Shown one piece after another: positions 57,095 through 63,550 of a DNA stretch of 63,550 bases (position 1 is the first letter of the stretch; each line of letters begins with the position of its first letter). The stretch lies in the NCBI GenBank assembly GCA_964576115.1, contig CAZNUA010000019.1, forward strand, positions 1 to 63,550, given 5' to 3'. The notes under the pieces were generated by a model. The model was not told the origin of the DNA, ran no database searches, and saw only the letters and a program-made list of their open reading frames with translations. Source of the DNA: an uncultured Gemmatimonadota bacterium (GTDB lineage: Bacteria > Blakebacterota > Blakebacteria > Blakebacterales > Blakebacteraceae). The translations under genes and the position numbers were made by a program.

Positions 57095-57145
57095 GTTCCC
57101 TGACCCTCGAATAGCCTCTCGGGCAAGTGTATCGAGTTTACCGCT

Positions 57146-57409
57146 TCAGCGGTAGACCTCCCGGCGCTGGCCGATCTTCACGATCCGGACCCGCCGGTTC
57201 TCATCGTCGACTGCATACACGATGCGGAAGTCCCCCTGCCTGACACGATAGAGATCAGTCCTGCCGGAGAGTTTTTCACATCCGCGGGGCCGGGGAGAAT
57301 CGGCCAGCTGTCCGATCCTCTTTACGATCCGACGGCGGTCGTCTCGGAAACGCAGTTTCTCGAGTTCTCCGGCGGCCGAGGCTTTGATCGTGAGCTCATA
57401 TCTTTCCAC
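57146..57409 (-). CDS. Type II TA toxin, RelE/ParE family
   Basis: 87-aa basic protein 'PRPRGCEKLSG...YRVRQGDFRIVY.VDD....V.IVKIG.RREVYR'. Confidence 0.9.
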   Translation of the reverse strand: MERYELTIKASAAGELEKLRFRDDRRRIVKRIGQLADSPRPRGCEKLSGRTDLYRVRQGDFRIVYAVDDENRRVRIVKIGQRREVYR

Positions 57410-57635
57410 GTCGCCTCAGGTCCCTGACGACCTCGTCGAAATCCAGATCCGGCTCCCCCGCCCGCTTCGCAGCTGCCTCGAGATCCTCGGCGTCCTCGGC
57501 CAGATACTGCTCCACCGCCCGGTTCACGAGGTAGGACATCGATTTCTCCATGACCACGGATTTCAACTTGAGCGCCTGCAGGGTCTCGGCATCCAGATAG
57601 ACAGTCGTCCGCTTTTGTTTGTTTTCTTCGTTCAT
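57396..57635 (-). CDS. Type II TA antitoxin, ribbon-helix-helix (CopG-like)
   Basis: 'KRTTVYLDAETLQALK...SMS.LVN.AV..YLAED.EDL'; acidic C-terminus; overlaps the toxin start. Confidence 0.87.
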   Translation of the reverse strand: MNEENKQKRTTVYLDAETLQALKLKSVVMEKSMSYLVNRAVEQYLAEDAEDLEAAAKRAGEPDLDFDEVVRDLRRRGKI

Positions 57636-57670
57636 GATGACATTATGACATCATGATGTTGTGATGTCCA
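57636..57670 (-). promoter_or_regulatory. Sigma70-type promoter with overlapping palindromic operator for the TA operon
   Basis: Minus strand TGGACA-17 nt-CATAAT-6 nt-ATG; perfect palindrome ACATCATGATGT (57648-57659) in the spacer. Confidence 0.7.
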
Positions 57671-57742
57671 TGCCGAGATCCTGCAGCGCATAGAAGGAAG
57701 GACCTCAGGAGAAAGGACCTTCATCTGTAGCCGGTATGGAGG

Positions 57743-60031
57743 TCAGGGTGCGGGTGGGGGAGGCAGCGTTCGGAAACTCAGACCGTTCGTCTCCTGCTGG
57801 CCGCTGACCAGATCGATGATGGTGACACGCAGTTCATAGGTGCCGTGCTCCAGATGGCTCATGTCGATCTCGAGCCAGGTCTGCAGATCCCGGCGGATAT
57901 CGCTGCCGGTGAATTCGCTCGAAAGCACGGCTTGCCGCCCTCCCCGACCGACCAGACTCCGCAGCCCCTGGTACAATCTTCCCAAAGCAGCCTCGGGAGG
58001 TGCTTCCGCTACCGAGTACTCGACCTGATACCGGGTCGCACCGTAGTCGTCCTGCTGCAGATTGTAGACCTCAAAGTAGATGAAGAGCGGTTGATCCACC
58101 TGCACGATCCGGCCCGGCAGGGGCAGAACTTCGAGATCGCCGCGAATGAAGCGACCGCTGTGCCCCGAACCGACCTCGCGGATCGAAGCAGCGGGGAGGA
58201 TATCGCTCACCATCAGGCGGTTGCCGCTGTAATCGGGCAGGGCAACTTCTTCCCGGGAAGTGGCCCGTTTGCCGGTCTCCGGATCGATGAGCAGCGTGGT
58301 CAGGGTATAGTCACCGGGTTCGACCTCGATCCGGGTGGCATCGATAAAGAGTGGGACGCCGCGAATCTGTACCTGCGGTACGGTCGAGAGCCGCCGCGAT
58401 GGCTCCACCTGCCCGGCCACCGGTTTCCAGCGCACATCGTAGAGCTGCACCTCCACATCGATGGTGGCATAAGCCCCGGTCACACTCCTGAAGGCCCCGA
58501 ACTCATCGGGCATGAGTGCGAAGGCATACTCGAGAGCGGTTTTCCCCTCTTCCCCCCGGAAGGTAACGACGAAATCCATTGGATCGATCGTCTCGATCCG
58601 ATCTTCCTCCTCGCTCATGGTCGGGATAACCCGCTCCATGAGATCCATGACCTGGCGGTGAACAGAAGAGACGATATATCTGCCACTCATCGCGAAATCC
58701 TCAAAGGCGACGATCAAACCGCGATCTTCATATCCCCAGTTTTCGGGCGTGGAACTGGAGGAAATCGCCTGACCGGAGGCATCGCGCACCCGTTGCTGTG
58801 CAAAGGGATTTTCAGGACCCTGGTCAGTCAGGGGGGCGGTGCTCAATAGCGGTGGAGGCAAACCCTGTTCAGTGCCATAGCCCAGTTCTTCGGCCAGGTC
58901 CCGGGCTCTGAGTTTCCAGATTGGGTCGTCCTTGATCAGATCCCAGGCATAGACACGACCGCGTCCCGATTGGATATCCGGCTCGCCGTATCGGACATAT
59001 ACGGCACCCCGGTCATCCCAGGGCCACTCATTGTCTCCGTACATGATCCGGGCGTAAGCGACCCGGATGAAATGCTCCAGGAGACGTTCGTTGACAGCAG
59101 TCTTCGGGTCGGGATTGCGCATCCGCCAGTACTGATTCCAATAGGTTCTGCGCCCCTCACTGTCGAGGCGGGCGAAGTCCTCGGCTTCATCAGGTGTCAG
59201 CACCAGTCCGAGATCGAAGAAGAGGTTGCGTTCCTCTTCCGGGGCCGCCGCAAAGCACCTCTCGAAGGCGGCCATGGCTTCGTTATAGCGTTCAGCTTTC
59301 CAGTGAGCAGCAGCCAGGTACAGATAGGCGGACCAGGCAGACGAGTCACGCGCGACAAGCTCCTCGGCCAGGGTCACAGCCTCATTCCACCGCCCGCTGT
59401 CGATCAACGAGCGCATCAGAGCCGCCCGTGCTTTCTCGTGTCCCGGATTGGCGGCGATCTGCAGCCGGAAAGCTACGATCGCGGCGTCATGGTCCTCCCG
59501 GAAATCCCGCTGAATAATCCCGCAGAGATAGGAGGCATCGGGATGGGAAGGATCCAGTTCGAGCAGATGTTCCAGATCGTGGAGTGCTTCCCGGGAATTG
59601 AACTGACCGATATCGGTCGGGGCCAGCCTCAGGTGAGCCCGGGCCTTCCAGTAGAGAGTTTCGACCCGGTCGGGATCTTTATACAGGGAGGTGCGAAAAC
59701 ACTCGAGAGCCCGATGGGTCCGGTTCGGGATCTCGAGACAGACCCGGCCCAGGCAGGTATGAGCCCGGGCGGAATCCCGGTCCAGCTCGACCGCCCGGGT
59801 GGCACTGGTCAGGGCGGCCTGGGCATCCCCCCGCTGGAGTTGAGCGTAAGCGGAATCGCAGAGAGCACCGACGCGCGCCTCAACAGTCTGCTGAGCAGTC
59901 AGGGGCACACCGGGGAGAATACCTGAGACTGTCAGGAGTACGCTGGCGAGCAGATGGACTGAACTGCACCGGGGATTCCACACCATCCTGCTGGTCCTTT
60001 GCATCCCTCTCACTACACAGGAGCGATTCAC
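57743..60031 (-). CDS. Exported TPR + GWxTD-like domain protein
   Basis: Signal peptide, TPR array, 'YWRMRNPDPKTAVNERLLEH..RVAYAR', 'WPWDDRGAVYVRYGEPD', C-terminal beta domains; start uncertain. Confidence 0.8.
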   Translation of the reverse strand: MNRSCVVRGMQRTSRMVWNPRCSSVHLLASVLLTVSGILPGVPLTAQQTVEARVGALCDSAYAQLQRGDAQAALTSATRAVELDRDSARAHTCLGRVCLEIPNRTHRALECFRTSLYKDPDRVETLYWKARAHLRLAPTDIGQFNSREALHDLEHLLELDPSHPDASYLCGIIQRDFREDHDAAIVAFRLQIAANPGHEKARAALMRSLIDSGRWNEAVTLAEELVARDSSAWSAYLYLAAAHWKAERYNEAMAAFERCFAAAPEEERNLFFDLGLVLTPDEAEDFARLDSEGRRTYWNQYWRMRNPDPKTAVNERLLEHFIRVAYARIMYGDNEWPWDDRGAVYVRYGEPDIQSGRGRVYAWDLIKDDPIWKLRARDLAEELGYGTEQGLPPPLLSTAPLTDQGPENPFAQQRVRDASGQAISSSSTPENWGYEDRGLIVAFEDFAMSGRYIVSSVHRQVMDLMERVIPTMSEEEDRIETIDPMDFVVTFRGEEGKTALEYAFALMPDEFGAFRSVTGAYATIDVEVQLYDVRWKPVAGQVEPSRRLSTVPQVQIRGVPLFIDATRIEVEPGDYTLTTLLIDPETGKRATSREEVALPDYSGNRLMVSDILPAASIREVGSGHSGRFIRGDLEVLPLPGRIVQVDQPLFIYFEVYNLQQDDYGATRYQVEYSVAEAPPEAALGRLYQGLRSLVGRGGRQAVLSSEFTGSDIRRDLQTWLEIDMSHLEHGTYELRVTIIDLVSGQQETNGLSFRTLPPPPAP

Positions 60032-60067
60032 CGGATCCGGCGTTTATCCGATCAATCCGTTGTCCTG

Positions 60068-62305
60068 TCACCCCCCGGCATCAGGTGTCGGCGGCGGGAT
60101 GGTGCGGAAGGTCAGGCTGCTGCTCGCCTGCCGGTTGGTATTCAGGTCGGTGACGGTCACGATCAGATCGAAGATGCCGAGGCCGAGCCGGCTCATGTCA
60201 ATCTCGAGCCAGGTCTCCAGATCGGGCCGGATGCCGAAAGTCTCGGTCTCGCTCGAGAGCACCGCCCGCCGGCCACCCAGCCCGACCAGGTCGAGCAGGC
60301 GCCCGGTGATGCGGGTCAGGGGATCGATCCCTTCATCGGATTCGGCCACCGAGTACTCCACCCGGTAGTGGGTGGCGCCGACACTGTCGCGGGACAGGTT
60401 ATAGACCTCGAAGTAGATGAAGAGCGGTTCGGTCGTGCCGAGGGTTCGCCCGGGCAGGGGAATGACCTCCAGATCCCCCCGCACGAAGCGGGCCGGGCAC
60501 CCCCGCCCCGCCGGAGCGATCCGGGCGGCGGGCAGGATCCCGCTCACCATCAGCTCCGAACCCCGGAAATCAGGCAGGACAACGTTTTCCTCGGCCACCG
60601 AACGGCGCCCGGTCACCGGATCCAGAATATAGGTGCTGAACACGTACTCGCCCGGGGGGGCTTCGAGACGGGTGCCGTGAACGAAGAAGGTGTTCCAGAA
60701 AGCTTCGACGAAGGTGGTGGTGGGCAGGTTCTGCACCGAATCCACCGCCCCGGCGACTGGAATCCACCCCGGGGTCAGCAGCTGCATGCGTACGTCGATG
60801 GTGGCGTATTCGCCGGTAAAGCTCTGGAACAGACCGAAGTCGTCGGGGGTCAGGCCGATGGCGTACTCCAGGACGGTACGGTTTTCCTCGCCGCGAAAGG
60901 CGGCGGCGATCTGCAGGGGGCTGAAGGTGTCGATCTTCTCTTCTTCGACGCTGAGGACGGGCAGTCCCACCTCCAGACGCTCGGTCAGGTAGCGGCTGTC
61001 GTTCAGGTAGCGCTGCCCCATGACGGGGCGGGTGAAACTGAGCTGAAAGCCCTGATCGAGGTAATACCAGGTTTCAGGTGTGCCCTCGCCGTAGACCCGG
61101 CCGATGGCCTGCTGAGCCGGAAACTGCTCGGGGCTGTAAACCGGTGGTGACATCCCCAGGCGCCGGTAGAGTTCTTTCTTGTTCTCGAAATATTCGTAGT
61201 CGGACTCGATCAGGTCGCTCGGATAGGGCCGCCCCGGACCGGTCCGCACGTCGGGCTCGCCGTAACGCACGTAGGCTTCGCCGCGGGCGTCCCACGGCCA
61301 CTCGTCGCGACCGAACTCGATCCTGGCGTAGGCAATGCGGATCCAGTGTTCGAGCAAACGCTCGTTGGCGGCAGTCTGCGGATCGGGATCGCGGATCTCC
61401 CAATAGCGGCGATGGTACTCCTCGCGTCCCGCCGGGCTCAGGGCCGACCATTCCTCGATCCCGGCCGTACTCAGAACCAGGCCCAGATCGAAGTAGAGCG
61501 AGCGCTCCTGGTCGGGTAGATGCGGGAAACAGCTCTCGAAAGCCGCACAGGCCTCATCGGTCCGGCCGTCTTTCCAGTACGCCCCGGCCAGCCAGGGGTA
61601 GGCCTCATAGCGCTCCGGATCGCGGGCGATGATGTCTTCGGCAATCGCGATCGCGCTGTCCCAGTCCCCCACCCCCATATCGAGCATCAGCAGAGACAGG
61701 CGGGCATTCATATGGGCGGGATAGACATCGACCTGGTTGCGCCAGGCTTGCCGGCCGGCCTCGAGATCTTCGAAGCTGTCGAGCTGAACGGTCCCGATCC
61801 GGTACCAGGCGTCTTCGTGAAGGGGATCGAGATCGAGCACACGGTTCAGATCGCGCAGGGCGGCCCGGGCGTTCCCCGTACTGGTCTCTGTCTGTGCCAT
61901 ATGAATGTGGGCCAGCGCTTTCCAGTAGAAGATCTCGGGATCGGTGCGGTCCCGGAGCGCGGCCCGCCGCAGGTACTCCAGGGCACGGCTGCCTCCGGCG
62001 GGCAGACCGAGCAGGGCCCGCCCCATACCGAGCAGGAGCTGCGGATCGCGGGGAGAGCGGCGCAGGGCGTCCTGGAAATATTCCCGGGCAGCCTCGTGAT
62101 CGCCCGCATCGAGCAGGGCGAAACCCTCAGCGGCGCGACCGGGCTCCTGGTCCTGTGACCGGTTCCACCCCGCCGCCGCTGCCGGCGGCAAGAACACCCA
62201 TCCGAGTCCGAAGGTGATAACGAATACGACCGCCAGTCCGACCCCCGTGCAGCCGGTCCGGCCGTATTTCTGTCGACAGGTTTGTTGTCTGATAGCCGGG
62301 TTCAT
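60068..62305 (-). CDS. Exported TPR + GWxTD-like domain protein (tandem paralog)
   Basis: Same architecture; 'YWEIRDPDPQTAANERLLEH..RIAYAR', 'WPWDARGEAYVRYGEPD'. Confidence 0.8.
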   Translation of the reverse strand: MNPAIRQQTCRQKYGRTGCTGVGLAVVFVITFGLGWVFLPPAAAAGWNRSQDQEPGRAAEGFALLDAGDHEAAREYFQDALRRSPRDPQLLLGMGRALLGLPAGGSRALEYLRRAALRDRTDPEIFYWKALAHIHMAQTETSTGNARAALRDLNRVLDLDPLHEDAWYRIGTVQLDSFEDLEAGRQAWRNQVDVYPAHMNARLSLLMLDMGVGDWDSAIAIAEDIIARDPERYEAYPWLAGAYWKDGRTDEACAAFESCFPHLPDQERSLYFDLGLVLSTAGIEEWSALSPAGREEYHRRYWEIRDPDPQTAANERLLEHWIRIAYARIEFGRDEWPWDARGEAYVRYGEPDVRTGPGRPYPSDLIESDYEYFENKKELYRRLGMSPPVYSPEQFPAQQAIGRVYGEGTPETWYYLDQGFQLSFTRPVMGQRYLNDSRYLTERLEVGLPVLSVEEEKIDTFSPLQIAAAFRGEENRTVLEYAIGLTPDDFGLFQSFTGEYATIDVRMQLLTPGWIPVAGAVDSVQNLPTTTFVEAFWNTFFVHGTRLEAPPGEYVFSTYILDPVTGRRSVAEENVVLPDFRGSELMVSGILPAARIAPAGRGCPARFVRGDLEVIPLPGRTLGTTEPLFIYFEVYNLSRDSVGATHYRVEYSVAESDEGIDPLTRITGRLLDLVGLGGRRAVLSSETETFGIRPDLETWLEIDMSRLGLGIFDLIVTVTDLNTNRQASSSLTFRTIPPPTPDAGG

Positions 62306-62369
62306 TCCTCGGCATCTTCCGTTACGCCTGACAGGTCGTCCGTTCTAAAGAAAGGACGTATGACTCCCG

Positions 62370-63431
62370 TCAGCCGTTCCTTCTGCGACCGAGCATTTCG
62401 GCTGCAATGAGCAGCAGGAGAATGATCGCCGAGACTACTCCCACCAGACCCGGCCCGCTTTCATCCCCCGCCGCGATCCAGCGGGTGATATCGGCCCCGG
62501 TCCATTCATACACCCGGTTGAGCAGATATCCCAGGGCCACGGCACAGCCGGCGATCACAGCCAGATAGACCACCGTCGCCCGCCGACCCCAGTGCCGGGC
62601 GAAGACGGTCACGGTGGCGGCGTTGGTGGCCGGCCCGGCCAGCAGGAACACGAGCGCCGCCCCCGGCGAAAGCCCTTTGAGTACAAGCGCCGCGGCAATC
62701 GGCGTCGAAGCGGTGGCGCAGATGTAAAGCGGGATGCCGACCACGAGCATGAGCAGAAGCTCCAGTCCCTCTCCACCCGGCAGATCAACCAGACTCTCGG
62801 CCGGTACCAGCCAACCGATCACACCGGCGATGAGCACGCCGATGAGCAGGAGCCAGCCGATATCCGCGAGCAGATCTCCGAAAGCATAGACCAGGCCCGA
62901 TCGGAGCCGGGCACCGAGCGCGGGTCGTTCGGTCATGGTTTCGCCGATCTCGCGACCGCAGCCGCAGGTATTGGTCTCCCCTTCACCCTCATCATCCGTC
63001 GCCGGGCCGGAACCCGCTTCGGGTACCCGGTTTATGGCCAGACCGGTCAGAGTGGCCGTCAGGAAGGCGGCCAGGGGACGGAAGAGGGTCATGATCGGAT
63101 CGAGTAGAGCCCAGGTGATGGCGATCGAATCCACCCCCGATTCCGGGGTCGAGACCATGAAAGCCGCCGCCGGCCCGCGTCCCGCCCCCTGATGGCGCAG
63201 ACCGACCGCAGTCGGGAGCACCCCGCAGCTGCAGAGCGGCAGGGGTATGCCGATCAGAGAGGCTTTAATGACCGACCGGGTGTCGTTTCCCCCCAGGTGG
63301 CGGGCCACACTGTCATCATGCACGAAGGCCCGCAGAACGCCGGCGGCCAGAAACCCGAAGAGAACCCAGGGGGCGGCCTCGGTCAGAACCCACCACGATT
63401 GCTCGATTATGCCGCTCAGGAATGCCACCAC
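62370..63431 (-). CDS. SO_0444/ArsP (DUF318)-family metal efflux permease
   Basis: 'GIPLPLCSCGVLP', 'STPESGVDSI', 'GIPLYICATASTPIAA', 'SPGAALVFLLAGPATN'; GGAGGAG RBS. Confidence 0.85.
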   Translation of the reverse strand: MVAFLSGIIEQSWWVLTEAAPWVLFGFLAAGVLRAFVHDDSVARHLGGNDTRSVIKASLIGIPLPLCSCGVLPTAVGLRHQGAGRGPAAAFMVSTPESGVDSIAITWALLDPIMTLFRPLAAFLTATLTGLAINRVPEAGSGPATDDEGEGETNTCGCGREIGETMTERPALGARLRSGLVYAFGDLLADIGWLLLIGVLIAGVIGWLVPAESLVDLPGGEGLELLLMLVVGIPLYICATASTPIAAALVLKGLSPGAALVFLLAGPATNAATVTVFARHWGRRATVVYLAVIAGCAVALGYLLNRVYEWTGADITRWIAAGDESGPGLVGVVSAIILLLLIAAEMLGRRRNG

Positions 63432-63550
63432 ACCACACACCTCCTCCGGATCGCCGGGCACGCCTGATCGCACCCGGGCTGTACCCGGCTCGACACATCA
63501 CGCATAATGTACGGATTCGAGTGGGCCTGAAAAGGAGGGTTCGGTTCCAT

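Noticed and set aside
63495-63550. CACGCATAATGTA resembling the left arm of a dif site
   Set aside because: The XerD arm (TTATGTTAAAT) is absent. CATAAT is better explained as a -10 element for a plus-strand gene whose RBS (AAGGAGG) and start lie at the window edge.

Overview
High-GC (roughly 65% by eye) bacterial chromosomal scaffold, probably a metagenome assembly (one 100-N gap). It most likely comes from a diderm FCB-group lineage (Gemmatimonadota/Latescibacterota-like), judged from the LpxC-FabZ fusion, the FCB-type insert in LysS, and the GWxTD and beta-propeller paralog families. From left to right the window holds: the Rnf complex (transcribed rnfCDGEAB on the minus strand, rnfB cut by the left edge); several secreted or membrane proteins and an M14 peptidase; an outer-membrane/lipid A cluster (bamA-skp-lpxD-lpxC/fabZ-lpxA-Gfo/Idh/MocA-lpxB-waaA-lpxK-nadB-guaA, then rpsU); a 9-kb block (TonB-dependent receptor plus lipoprotein, a 500-bp very AT-rich spacer, an ABC exporter, rocD, PadR); a hit-prfB-phosphatase-lysS-lolC/E-lolD-mcsA-mcsB-clpC operon; and an accessory region (peptidases, TauE, serine hydrolase, RelE-type toxin-antitoxin pair, two tandem TPR-GWxTD proteins, metal permease). 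The most notable observations are an McsB with both signature catalytic motifs altered (possible arginine pseudokinase, no ctsR beside it), a non-coding 17-bp-period repeat array upstream of the hit-prfB-lysS operon, the AT-rich island, a eukaryote-like long GMP synthase, and tandem GWxTD-variant proteins. No rRNA, tRNA, CRISPR array, transposase or integrase was seen. All family assignments come from motif recognition by eye, not from database searches.
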